Assembly: GCA_038852315.1 (NCBI GenBank)
Contig: JAWCKF010000001.1
Location: 23,542 to 87,541 of the forward strand
Origin: Thermoplasmata archaeon
GTDB taxonomy: Archaea; Thermoplasmatota; Thermoplasmata; UBA10834
DNA: 64,000 nucleotides
Direction: 5' to 3'
Below, piece by piece: positions 8,910 to 18,405 of this stretch (the stretch's first letter is position 1; the number at the start of each line of letters is the position of its first letter). The position numbers were made by a program, and so were the translations under genes. The notes beneath the pieces were generated by a model. The model was not told the DNA's origin. It made no database searches and worked only from the letters and a program-made list of their open reading frames with translations.

Positions 8910-10916
8910 ATGAACGCAGCCGAGGCTGAGATAAGAAGGTCGTTGCTGGCTATTTATGGCTGTCGCCCTCCCTGCGACACGGACCAGCACCTGCGCGGCG
9001 TTCCGCGGCATACATGCCCATTTCTGTCACGGGAGCCGTTCTCAGGGAATCATGGACCTGGGGATTTGTTCAGATGTTCGGGGGCTGTTCGGGGGCATGT
9101 TGATGCATCCGGGGACGGCTGCCTGTACCCTGTGACAGAAGAATCGAAAGGTGATGGGAGATCTACAGGTGCGGTCGAAGGGATAAGATGGTTCGACTGG
9201 TCTGCAGAGCCGTTCGAGCTCGCGAGGGATTCCGGGAAGCTCGTCCTGCTCGACCTCACGGCCACATGGTGTCATTGGTGCCATGTGATGGACGAGACCA
9301 CCTATTCGGACCCTCGAGTAGTCGCAGTGATCAACAGGAGCTTCGTGCCGGTCCGTGTGGATATCGACAGGAGGCCTGATGTTTCCGAGAGGTACAACAG
9401 GGGCGGTTTCCCGACAACCGCTTTCCTCTCCGACAAGGGAGAGTCGATCTGGGGCGCGACCTACATACCCCCAGTGGACATGCTGCGGATAATGGATTCC
9501 CTTCTGAACGCAAAGGCGGCAGGAGAGATAGACCGCGCACTAGAGCGGCTTCGCAACAGCAGCACAGAAGAACGGATGGGGCAAAGGAGCATATCCCCGG
9601 TTTCATACGAGCAGATGGACGATATGTTCGAGGATTTGTTCGCCACCTACGATTTGGAGAACGGCGGATTCGGGACGGCCCCCAAGTTCCCACAGCCCGA
9701 CATGCTCGACCTCGTCCTCACGAGATACTTGTGGACGTCCGACGAGGAATTAGGGGACGCGGTGATATCGACTCTTGAGAGGATGGTGGCTGGGCTTTAC
9801 GATGGAGTGGAAGGCGGCATATTCAGGTACTCGGTCACGGCCGATTGGATGACGCCACACTACGAGAAGATGCTGGAGACAAACGCAGGATTCCTCAGGA
9901 ACCTGCTCCATGTCAAGCTGGCGACCGGCACAGATGCTTTTGATCCCGTGATTCTCGGGACCATCGGGTACATCAACGGCACGCTCCGCGACGACGCGAG
10001 CGGGGGTTTCTACGCGAGCCAGGACGCCGACGAGGAGTACTATTCCCTGAATGCCCAGGAGCGGAGGAAGAGGTCGCCGCCGAGGGTCGACAGGACGATG
10101 TATGCCGGGTGGAACGCCATGGTCGCGAAGGCTCTCGTACTCGCAGGCAAGGTTCTATCCGACAAGGCCGTCGGTGAGCTCGGCCTCCGGACCTTCGAGA
10201 TGGTCTCGTCGAGGCTGATGGATAGCGATCTCGGACTCGTACGCCATGCGGAGGACCAGGAACTTCACATCTTCGAGGACCAGGTAGCCTATTTGGACGC
10301 GCTCTTAGGGGTCATGGAGCTGACAGGAGATGGCGCTCTGAACGAGCGTGCGGTGGCGTTGGTGACCGCGGTAGAAAGAGAGTTTGCCCACCCCGACGGC
10401 GGCTTCGGCGACATCAGGGTCTCTCCGGACGCTATAGGCGCGCTCGACACGCCGCTCAGGTCACCGGTCGACAACGCTAGATGGGCGATGAGTCTCATCC
10501 GCCTGGCGGCCATGACGAACCGAAGTGAGCTGCTCGCCAAAGCAGAGCATGTCCTTGATTCGTTCGGCCGGGAAGAGCTCGATGCATACGGTGTACTCAT
10601 AGCAGAATACATCACGGCCCGCAGTGTACTCGCCCGTGGGGCCGTTACGGTTGAGATACACATGCCTGAGGGGGGCGCTCAGCAAACGGACGCGCTCTGG
10701 ATGGGCGCAAAGAGCGCCTGTGATCCTGGGACAGTCATATCAAGGGTGCGAGACGACTACGCCACGAAGCCGTTCGCTGTCGTGTGCTCAAGATCCGGTT
10801 GCTCAGGCAAACTACATGATGCAGAGGAAGTGAGAGAGCGCGTCCTCGCCGAGGTCAGGAAGTTGTTCCAGGAAGCGCAATCTGCCACAGGCACGATACG
10901 CGCATCCTCTAAATAG
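8910..10916 (+). CDS. YyaL/DUF255 thioredoxin-domain protein fused to an N-acylglucosamine-2-epimerase-like six-hairpin domain
   Basis: WFDWSAEPFELAR...TATWCHWCHVMDETTYSDPRVVAVINRSFVPVRVDIDRRPDV matches the YyaL N-terminus, including the CHWCH motif. Homology only begins near aa 75, so the true start may be the GTG near 9132. Confidence 0.75.
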   Translation: MNAAEAEIRRSLLAIYGCRPPCDTDQHLRGVPRHTCPFLSREPFSGNHGPGDLFRCSGAVRGHVDASGDGCLYPVTEESKGDGRSTGAVEGIRWFDWSAEPFELARDSGKLVLLDLTATWCHWCHVMDETTYSDPRVVAVINRSFVPVRVDIDRRPDVSERYNRGGFPTTAFLSDKGESIWGATYIPPVDMLRIMDSLLNAKAAGEIDRALERLRNSSTEERMGQRSISPVSYEQMDDMFEDLFATYDLENGGFGTAPKFPQPDMLDLVLTRYLWTSDEELGDAVISTLERMVAGLYDGVEGGIFRYSVTADWMTPHYEKMLETNAGFLRNLLHVKLATGTDAFDPVILGTIGYINGTLRDDASGGFYASQDADEEYYSLNAQERRKRSPPRVDRTMYAGWNAMVAKALVLAGKVLSDKAVGELGLRTFEMVSSRLMDSDLGLVRHAEDQELHIFEDQVAYLDALLGVMELTGDGALNERAVALVTAVEREFAHPDGGFGDIRVSPDAIGALDTPLRSPVDNARWAMSLIRLAAMTNRSELLAKAEHVLDSFGREELDAYGVLIAEYITARSVLARGAVTVEIHMPEGGAQQTDALWMGAKSACDPGTVISRVRDDYATKPFAVVCSRSGCSGKLHDAEEVRERVLAEVRKLFQEAQSATGTIRASSK

Positions 10917-10948
10917 CCGTCATAATCATGACGTGCTGGGTTCAAAGC

Positions 10949-11515
10949 ATGTCCAAGAAGGCGCGGCTCATTCCGCGCAAGATCCTCTCAAGCGATGAGC
11001 GTGTCGTGTTCGAATCGCGTCCCAGTGCTTGGCTGTACATGAAATCGGCCGCCCTGGCTTTCATTGTGATGCTCGCGGCCTTGGCCGTGTTCGCGTGGCC
11101 ATGGGTCCCGGGCGCTCCTGAGCTGCCCTACGTAACCGACGCGTTTGAGCGGGAAGACTACGGAGATGTGCTGCACTGGGCATTCGCCGGCATAGCGGTC
11201 ATGGCCATGTTGTATTTCATCGCTCGATGGCTCAAATGGAGCAGCACAGTCTACGCGGCCACGGACGAGAGGCTCATAAAACAAAAAGGGATACTGAACA
11301 AGGTGTACGAGGACATCCCGGTGACAATGATAACCAACATAGACCTCGCCCAGTCATTGGGCAAGCGCGCACTCGGCTATGGCACCATGATATTCTCGAC
11401 ACAAGGCTTGGGCGGGAAGAAGGCGGATATGGTATGGGAGGCCGTCCCTGACCCCCTGACAGTAAGGAGGAAGATTCAGGAGGTCATGGACACGAGGTCG
11501 AAGCCGAGGATTTAG
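10949..11515 (+). CDS. membrane protein with a bacterial PH (bPH_2/YdbS-like) domain
   Basis: MSKKARLIPRKILSSDERVVFESRPSAWLYMKSAALAFIVML. An Arg/Lys-rich N-terminus and two TM helices are followed by a soluble PH-like domain. Confidence 0.6.
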   Translation: MSKKARLIPRKILSSDERVVFESRPSAWLYMKSAALAFIVMLAALAVFAWPWVPGAPELPYVTDAFEREDYGDVLHWAFAGIAVMAMLYFIARWLKWSSTVYAATDERLIKQKGILNKVYEDIPVTMITNIDLAQSLGKRALGYGTMIFSTQGLGGKKADMVWEAVPDPLTVRRKIQEVMDTRSKPRI

Positions 11516-11591
11516 ATTCCGTGGCGCCGAACCCGACTTGTTCGGGAAAGCGGATAACCCCTAGACAGCCCCTGCGGTGTCGTCGTCTTAG

Positions 11592-13514
11592 ATGAAGACG
11601 CCCACCTGGGCTCAAAGGGAGGGTGAACTGTTGACTTCTGCAGATGTTGTTAGGGACGGGCCAGCGAAAGCATTCATGCTGTGCAACGAAGCCATAGTCA
11701 GAGGGGCCTTAGAGGCTGACGTGAAGGTGGTGTCAGCTTATCCGGGTTCTCCGACTACCGAGATACTCGATACATTCTCTGAGGTGCTCTCGCACTTCGA
11801 TTACAAGATGGAGATAGCCTCGAACGAGAAGGTCGCACTCGAGACCTGTGCCGGCGCGGCCATGGCGGGCCTCAGGTCTATATGCAGCATGAAGAGCGTC
11901 GGGATGAACGTCGCATCCGACTCGTTCTTCTCGCTTTCGTACACTGGCGTGAAGGGCGGCATGGTAGTCGTGATGGCCGACGACCCGCACGCTCATTCCT
12001 CGCAGACAGAACAGGATGGGCGGGCGTTCGGCCCGAACGCGTACGTGCCCATGTTGGAGCCCTCGGACCCGTCCGAGGCAAAGGCGATGGTCAAGTCAGC
12101 GTTTGAGCTTTCCGAGAGGTACGGTGTGCCGATTTTGATTCGCACCAGTACGAGGGTGAGCCATCAGAGCGGTATCGTGGAACTGGACAAGATTGACCGA
12201 AAGCCATTCGAGAAGAGAGAATGGGACCACCCGCCAGGGAGATTCGTGACAGTCGCGGAGGCCGCCCGAAAGTTCAAGCTCGCGATGCTGGAGAGAACCG
12301 CGAGGGTGGCAGAGGAGTTCGAGTCCTCGTCCTTCAACATGATGGACGATGAGGGGACCGATTTCGGAATCGTTGCCAGCGGGGCCGGATACAACTACGC
12401 TGTCGAGGCATGCAGGATCCTAGGCATCAGGGCGTCCGTGCTGAAGCTCGGCACGACCTATCCGCTACCGAGGAAGCTTGTAGCGCGGTTCCTCAGCAAG
12501 CTCAAGACGGTCATGATTGTAGAGGAGCTGCAGCCATACCTCGAGCTGCATGTGACCGCAATCGCCAAGGACGCCAACCCTTCGGTCAGGATAGCGGGCA
12601 AATGGACGGGGCATTTTAGCGAGGCGCTCGAGTACAACCCCAACATCGTGGCATCTGCGGTGGCGAAGGTTCTTGGTGTCAGCACCCCAGTCGACTACGA
12701 TGCGTTACTCGCGGAGGCGGAGGAGCTGAAGAAAGGACTCCCGGACAGACCTCCGACCTTCTGTCCCGGATGCCCTCACCGGGCGACACTTCACGCGCTG
12801 CTGCAGGCAACGAAGGGGACCAGACACATACTCGCAACCGACATAGGATGCTACTCGATGAGCTTCCTGCCGCCGCTAGAGTACGGCGACACGTTGCTGA
12901 GCATGGGCGCGTGCATGGGGGTCGCTGCGGGCCTGCAGTACGCGGCCAAGGAGAAGGTGGTAGCCATGATAGGCGACTCCACGTTCTGGCACGCAGGCCT
13001 TCCCGGTCTGGTGAACGCCATCCATCATGGTAACGACTTCACGCTGATCATACTCGACAACGAAGTCACGGCGATGACGGGACAGCAGCCAGACCCTGGC
13101 AGGGACTACAACGCAGGTGGACAGCCGGCCAAGCCCCTGGTGCTAGAGGAGGTCATACGTGCCATGGGCATATCGGACATCACCATCGTCGATCCGTATC
13201 AGGTCAAGGCGGCCGTCGGGCCCATCAAGGAGGCTCTGGCGAGGAAGGGGCCGAACGTCATCATATCGCGCAGGGCGTGCGCCTTGTACGCCGACAGGAA
13301 CAAGCGCAGACGCGGGGAGGCAATACAGTCGAACAAGGTGGACAAGGACACCTGCAGGCGGCCTTACACATGTATCAGGAGCTTCCACTGCCCTGCGATA
13401 TCCATCGACGACGATGATAGGAAGGCCGTCATCTCGAAGGAGCTATGCGACAGGTGCGATGTGTGCGCGAAGCTGTGCCCCTTTGGCTCCATCAGGCTGA
13501 GGGAGGGCGAATGA
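11592..13514 (+). CDS. iorA: indolepyruvate:ferredoxin oxidoreductase alpha subunit
   Basis: N-terminus LCNEAIVRGALEADVKVVSAYPGSPTTEI. TPP-binding region and a C-terminal 2x[4Fe-4S] ferredoxin region (CDRCDVCAKLCP). Followed by iorB. Confidence 0.85.
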   Translation: MKTPTWAQREGELLTSADVVRDGPAKAFMLCNEAIVRGALEADVKVVSAYPGSPTTEILDTFSEVLSHFDYKMEIASNEKVALETCAGAAMAGLRSICSMKSVGMNVASDSFFSLSYTGVKGGMVVVMADDPHAHSSQTEQDGRAFGPNAYVPMLEPSDPSEAKAMVKSAFELSERYGVPILIRTSTRVSHQSGIVELDKIDRKPFEKREWDHPPGRFVTVAEAARKFKLAMLERTARVAEEFESSSFNMMDDEGTDFGIVASGAGYNYAVEACRILGIRASVLKLGTTYPLPRKLVARFLSKLKTVMIVEELQPYLELHVTAIAKDANPSVRIAGKWTGHFSEALEYNPNIVASAVAKVLGVSTPVDYDALLAEAEELKKGLPDRPPTFCPGCPHRATLHALLQATKGTRHILATDIGCYSMSFLPPLEYGDTLLSMGACMGVAAGLQYAAKEKVVAMIGDSTFWHAGLPGLVNAIHHGNDFTLIILDNEVTAMTGQQPDPGRDYNAGGQPAKPLVLEEVIRAMGISDITIVDPYQVKAAVGPIKEALARKGPNVIISRRACALYADRNKRRRGEAIQSNKVDKDTCRRPYTCIRSFHCPAISIDDDDRKAVISKELCDRCDVCAKLCPFGSIRLREGE

Positions 13515-13515
13515 G

Positions 13516-14160
13516 ATGCCCGAGAGCGAGTTCAGCGTCTACATGGCCGGCGTGGGAGGGCAGGGACTCGTGCTTCTCTCGAACGTCATAGGGTCCGCAT
13601 GCGCCGCCGCTGGCATCAGGGCGATCACGGGGGAGCAACACGGTCTGTCGCAGAGGAGCGGCTCGATAAACGTGCATCTGAGAATAGGAGAGCGGGTGCG
13701 TTCCCCGCTGATACCTGTCGGAGGCGCGGACGCGATCCTGGCCCTCGAAGCCCTAGAGGCACTGCGCTACGTCGAGTACCTCAGACGGGGAGGAGTGGTC
13801 CTGATGAACTCAAGGGTGCAGCACCCGGTCATCGAAACGGCCGCACACATGAAGGATAGGTCCGCCAGATACATGTCGGCCGAGGACGTGCGACAGAGGC
13901 TGTCGAAAGTCACTGACAAGATAGCCGTCCTGGACGCCCTGGCCATCGCCAGACAGGCCGGGAACCCACTGACCGAGAACATCGTCATGCTGGGTGCTCT
14001 CAGCACGCTGGAGGCCTTCCCGGTACCGGAGGAGGCTCTTAGGATGGCAGTGGCGGAGACCGTTCCGAAGAAGGCGGTCGAGGTCAACCTCAGGGCCTTC
14101 GAACTGGGCAAGGCAGCCGCACGCGAGATGCTCTGCAATATGGTTAAGTGTAGAGACTGA
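13516..14160 (+). CDS. iorB: indolepyruvate:ferredoxin oxidoreductase beta subunit
   Basis: 214 aa with MAGVGGQGLVLLSNVIG, the pyruvate/ketoisovalerate oxidoreductase gamma-like fold. Starts 2 nt after the iorA stop, with a GGGAGGG SD-like stretch upstream. Confidence 0.85.
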   Translation: MPESEFSVYMAGVGGQGLVLLSNVIGSACAAAGIRAITGEQHGLSQRSGSINVHLRIGERVRSPLIPVGGADAILALEALEALRYVEYLRRGGVVLMNSRVQHPVIETAAHMKDRSARYMSAEDVRQRLSKVTDKIAVLDALAIARQAGNPLTENIVMLGALSTLEAFPVPEEALRMAVAETVPKKAVEVNLRAFELGKAAAREMLCNMVKCRD

Positions 14161-14187
14161 GTTGTCCCAGTTGTCCCGGCGAGCATC

Positions 14188-15114
14188 ATGAAGAAGGCCA
14201 GGTTCGTGAGGGTCGATGTGTTCGCCAAGAGGCCCTTCGGGGGCAATCCCTTGGCGGTTTTCCCCGATGCCAGAGGACTAACCCCGAGGGAGATGCAGCT
14301 CCTCGCAAAGGAGATGAACCTCTCTGAGACGACCTTCGTGCTGCCGCCCAGCAAACGATCGGGTGCGGACTTCAGAGTGAGGATATTCGTGCCTGACATG
14401 GAGATACCCTATGCTGGGCATCCTACGATAGGCACCTTCTATGTGCTCGCTAAAGAGGGGCGCATTCAGCTTCGTTCACCTGTCACGACAGTCAAGATGG
14501 AGGTCAAGGCGGGTGTGATGCCCGTCGAGATACACTCCTCGAAGGGCAAGATAACCAAGGTGGTGACAGTTCAGAACAGGCCCGTGTTCGGGACCGCGTT
14601 CGAGGATGTCCGGCCCTTCGCGGATGCGCTTTCACTGAACATGTCCGACTTCGACACTGCGAGGATGCCCGTTCAGCTGGTCTCCACCGGTCTTCCCTGG
14701 GTGATCGTGCCTGTCCGGAGTAGGAAGGCCGTGGAGAAGGCGTCGGCGAACGCAGCAGCCTTCGCTGAGGCGATCAAGCCTCTACCGAAGGGTGTTGTCG
14801 ACCTCTACGTCACCTGCCTCGATCCCTTGGAGCGTGGCAGCACCGCCCATTCGCGCGGCTTCTCCCTCGTATCGAAGAACGTCGTCGAGGACCCTGCCAC
14901 TGGCAGCGCGAGCGGCTGCCTGGGAGCGTATCTTGTCGCGAGGAGACTGGTCAAGGCCGAGAGAATCGTGAGGATAGTCAACGAGCAGGGCTACGAACTC
15001 GGACGGCCTAGCAGGATAGAGGTGGAGGTTCGCACGTCCCATGACGGATACCCGGAGCTTGTGAAGGTCGGAGGCCCCGTAGTTCACATGATGGATGGCG
15101 TGGCCTATCTCTGA
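14188..15114 (+). CDS. PhzF-family (phenazine biosynthesis-like) isomerase
   Basis: N-terminus FVRVDVFAKRPFGGNPLAVF...EMQLLAKEMNLSETTFV is canonical PhzF. 308 aa. Confidence 0.8.
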   Translation: MKKARFVRVDVFAKRPFGGNPLAVFPDARGLTPREMQLLAKEMNLSETTFVLPPSKRSGADFRVRIFVPDMEIPYAGHPTIGTFYVLAKEGRIQLRSPVTTVKMEVKAGVMPVEIHSSKGKITKVVTVQNRPVFGTAFEDVRPFADALSLNMSDFDTARMPVQLVSTGLPWVIVPVRSRKAVEKASANAAAFAEAIKPLPKGVVDLYVTCLDPLERGSTAHSRGFSLVSKNVVEDPATGSASGCLGAYLVARRLVKAERIVRIVNEQGYELGRPSRIEVEVRTSHDGYPELVKVGGPVVHMMDGVAYL

Positions 15115-15119
15115 GGCGA

Positions 15120-17684
15120 TCAGTCAGCCTTGGGAAGCTGCACCCTGAACACAGTACCCTTCGTGTGATCCCCTGGCACCCTGTCCTCGAGCCATACCTT
15201 ACCATGGTACCTCGCTGACAGGTTCTTCACTATGTGCAGGCCCATGCCCGAGCCCCGCTTGCTGGACGCCTTCGAAAACCTGTCGAAGACTATCGGCTTC
15301 ACCTCGTCGGGTATGCCCTGACCGTGATCGGCTATCGAGACGATCCAGCCCTTCGACCCTCCCTCTTCCTCGGCGGGCTTCACGGAGACCTCTATCTCCA
15401 CGAGCTCGTGGGGGTCGTACTTGATGGCGTTCGTCAGGAGGTTGATGAAAAGCTCCCGGATGAGGTCGTCGGCGTTCGTGTAGTAGGTTCGCTCCTCGAT
15501 ATCGCCGCGGAAGGTGATCTTCCTGCCCGGATAGTACTGTGCGACCGACTTCTTACACTCCTGGATGACCTTTCCGATGTCCACCTTGTACAGCTCCTCC
15601 TCTGCGAACGCCATGCGCGACATGGTCCTGACGTTGGCGGCGAGCCACATAGTGTTCGAGACCTGCTCCGAGATCCTGTCGAGCAGCTGGGTCACATCGC
15701 TGCCCTTCAGCCTCATCCGCAGAAGGTCCAGATACCCCATTATCGCCTGGTTGTAGTTCTTTATGTCGTGCGAGAGCACGTCCGTGTAGAGCTCTGCCTT
15801 CGCCCTGCTTTCGACATGCTCCTGGAAGACCCTGGCGTTCTCTATGGCTATCCCGGCGAGGCTCGCGAATATCTCGATTATCTCGACCGTCTCCGCATCA
15901 GGTATCTTGTCGTCCCTGGGCTTCAGAATCTCGATGTAGGCGATGGCGTTGCCCTTGCTGTCGAAGATGAATGTGTCTATGTAGTCGAGTTCGTGCCAGT
16001 ACCCCTTGCCTTTCCTGGGCATCCTGATGGCGTCGGCGTCCGGGTAGTATATCATCTCCTGGGCGGTGAGCGTGACGCTCTCGGCGGGCATGTAGTACGA
16101 CATCCTGCCGATCTTCCTCCTCCACCTGACGAGACCCGGTACTGACAACGAGGGCGACGGACTGTGGATCGCGTCGACGAGGGGTATGCTGTAGCCGAGC
16201 TTCTTGATCTCCTCGGCTGTCTTCGGGGGATATCCGTACACGGCCTCGACTCTGTACTCCCCGAGCTCCGGGTGTTTCACTCCTATGACCATCCTCCTGA
16301 TCCCCAGGAGCTGCGCGAGGGTCTTGAGCAGGCTGTCCAGCATCTTATCGAGGTCCCTCACGTACATCAGGCTCGATGTCATGTCGAGTATCCTTGAGAG
16401 CTGCTCCGTCCTCTGGTTGCTGAGTCTCAGCGCGGTCTCCCTCTCGTTCGAGAGCCTCGCATTCTCGATGGCGACCTCCGCGAGGGCGGTGAAGATCTCC
16501 ATAGTTTCGATCGTCTCCTTGTCTGGGAGCCTCCCGTCCCTCGGCTGCGAGGGGTACAGCACGCCGACGATCCTGCCAGTGGCGTCGTGGAGAGAGAAGG
16601 CCAGGCAGTCGTAGGGCCTGAACTCCCCCTGGGCGCGTGTGGAAGGATCGAACCTGACACCCTGCTCCGGCCGGATGACGAAGTTCGCCAGCTGGCGCGG
16701 GGTCATGTCCTCTTCCTTCGTGTAGTAGACCGACCGGCCTATGCGACGGCTCTCCTTGAGGTCTTCCAGGATGACGTCGGTGGGGATCGTCCGGTCGGCC
16801 ACGTCCCGCACCGCCTCCGGCGGGTAGCCGAACAGGGCGGCCCACTTGAACATGCCCTCCGCCTCGTCGTAGATGACGAGAGATACCCTGGAGAAGCCGA
16901 ACAGCGAAGACACGGAGGAGAGTATCATGTGCCAGAGCTTCTGAGGCTCACGCTCGGATACGACTGACGAGGCGATCTTCAGCAGATCCTCGAGCAGCTC
17001 GGCCCTCTGAAGCGATTTGGTGGCGGCGGCCGCCCGCCTGAGCCTCATCTTTTCCCGGAGCATCGCGACCGCCGCCAAGCTGATGAAAGGCTCGATCATC
17101 TCGAGCGACTCCTTCGATAGCAGCCTGTCATCCCTCGAGTATCCCAGCTCGAACCACGCCATCAGATGGCCGTCGGGGGCGTTGATGAGGAACTCGTAGG
17201 AGTCGCCTTCGAGCCACTCATCTGCGACCCTCTGGACGTCGCGCAGTCGCTCAGGCCTCTTGTAGTACGCAGGGGTGTTGAGGAACCTGTCCTCGTCCGC
17301 GAGGGCCAACCAAACATCTGCACTGATGAAGTAGCCCCGCTGAGTCACCCTTTGTCCCATCTCGACCATCCGGCTGATGAGGTCGGTAGGATAGAAGTCG
17401 GCCATCATGGTCTCCTGTATGGCCCTGACGCTGTCCTCCGGGTAGCCATGGAACAACCAGGGCAACGTCCTCCTCACCTCCTCGTCCAGCGTCCGGAGTA
17501 TCATGTGGGTGACACCGAACAGCTCGTCGATCGAGGTCACGATCTCCTCCATCACCTTGGGGAGGGGCTCGTCCCTGGCTATCGCGTCTGCTAGCGAGGA
17601 AAGCCTGGCCGCCGCGCGTACGACGACCTCCGATGCGAGGGGGCTCGAGCTCGTGCCGGTTTGGCCTGTCATGGGAGGAATCAC
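15120..17684 (-). CDS. sensor histidine kinase with multiple GAF-like sensory domains (orphan; no response regulator nearby)
   Basis: C-terminal HisKA box HDIKNYNQAIMGYLDLL and HATPase_c region (GSGMGLHIVKNL). At least two GAF-like domains lie upstream. 854 aa. Confidence 0.8.
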   Translation of the reverse strand: MIPPMTGQTGTSSSPLASEVVVRAAARLSSLADAIARDEPLPKVMEEIVTSIDELFGVTHMILRTLDEEVRRTLPWLFHGYPEDSVRAIQETMMADFYPTDLISRMVEMGQRVTQRGYFISADVWLALADEDRFLNTPAYYKRPERLRDVQRVADEWLEGDSYEFLINAPDGHLMAWFELGYSRDDRLLSKESLEMIEPFISLAAVAMLREKMRLRRAAAATKSLQRAELLEDLLKIASSVVSEREPQKLWHMILSSVSSLFGFSRVSLVIYDEAEGMFKWAALFGYPPEAVRDVADRTIPTDVILEDLKESRRIGRSVYYTKEEDMTPRQLANFVIRPEQGVRFDPSTRAQGEFRPYDCLAFSLHDATGRIVGVLYPSQPRDGRLPDKETIETMEIFTALAEVAIENARLSNERETALRLSNQRTEQLSRILDMTSSLMYVRDLDKMLDSLLKTLAQLLGIRRMVIGVKHPELGEYRVEAVYGYPPKTAEEIKKLGYSIPLVDAIHSPSPSLSVPGLVRWRRKIGRMSYYMPAESVTLTAQEMIYYPDADAIRMPRKGKGYWHELDYIDTFIFDSKGNAIAYIEILKPRDDKIPDAETVEIIEIFASLAGIAIENARVFQEHVESRAKAELYTDVLSHDIKNYNQAIMGYLDLLRMRLKGSDVTQLLDRISEQVSNTMWLAANVRTMSRMAFAEEELYKVDIGKVIQECKKSVAQYYPGRKITFRGDIEERTYYTNADDLIRELFINLLTNAIKYDPHELVEIEVSVKPAEEEGGSKGWIVSIADHGQGIPDEVKPIVFDRFSKASSKRGSGMGLHIVKNLSARYHGKVWLEDRVPGDHTKGTVFRVQLPKAD

Positions 17685-17730
17685 CGACGGGCTTGGCAGG
17701 TGGTAGCTGGTTGTGGATTGCAGTCAGCTC

Positions 17731-17738
17731 TATATATA
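17731..17738. promoter_or_regulatory. archaeal TATA box (palindromic TATATATA) in the divergent HK/rubrerythrin intergenic region
   Basis: ctcTATATATAacggcc. It shares the TATATAACGGC core with the cysK promoter at 49711. Confidence 0.5.
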
Positions 17739-17851
17739 ACGGCCACTTGCAAGTATCGCAAGCAGCCCCGGGAAGCCAGTCGATGTTCTGCACAATCCTT
17801 ATCTAACGATTTCGCGGTAGGGCCGCATCGCGCAAAGCGGAGGATGCGGAT

Positions 17852-18337
17852 TTGGCGGACCTGAAGCAGATAATCGCGACTGCGATAGAGTTCGAGAAGT
17901 TCGGAGTGGAGTACTATCTCAGGTTCCACGACCTTGTGGCGGATGAGAAGGCAAAGCCGCTCATGAAGGGGCTCGCTGACGACGAGAGGGAGCATGCCAG
18001 GATACTCGAGGAGCAGCTGAGGATGCTAGGGGGCAAGGCGAGGGCTCCCTCGAAGGAGGAGCTGAAGAAAGGGCTGAAGGAGATCTTCCCGGAGGACGTC
18101 AGGAGGGGATCTCTGGCCACCAAGGACGCCATCTCGGCGCTGAAGCTCGGCATCAGGACCGAGGAACGGTCGATCGAGTACTACTCCAAGAACGCAGCCG
18201 CGGCGGGCCCGAAGCTGAAGGAGATCTTCTCCCGGCTGGAGAAGATGGAGCGGGGCCACCTTGAGCTGCTGACTGAGAACCTGCGGTATCTGGAAGACGA
18301 CGGGGTCTGGTACGGCTACGTGCCGTTCCTCGACTGA
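17852..18337 (+). CDS. rubrerythrin-like ferritin-fold diiron protein (no rubredoxin domain)
   Basis: Two-repeat four-helix bundle with ExxH-type ligand motifs: EFEKFGVEYY, EREHARILEE, EERSIEYY, ERGHLELL. Confidence 0.65.
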   Translation: MADLKQIIATAIEFEKFGVEYYLRFHDLVADEKAKPLMKGLADDEREHARILEEQLRMLGGKARAPSKEELKKGLKEIFPEDVRRGSLATKDAISALKLGIRTEERSIEYYSKNAAAAGPKLKEIFSRLEKMERGHLELLTENLRYLEDDGVWYGYVPFLD

Positions 18338-18405
18338 CGGGTGGCTGCCTGCTTCGGGGCGTAGCCCAAAGTATTTCTCAACGCTAGCTATCCTGAACCC
18401 GAGGA

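Noticed and set aside
15234-16145. 303-aa ORF antisense to the histidine kinase
   Set aside because: Overlapped entirely by the kinase, which has HisKA/HATPase motifs. Arg/Leu/Val-rich shadow-frame composition.
17685-17851. SRP-RNA-like motif (GCAAGCAGCCCCGGGAAGCC) in the HK/rubrerythrin spacer
   Set aside because: The intergenic space (167 nt, also holding two promoters) is too short for a roughly 300-nt archaeal SRP RNA. Likely coincidental.
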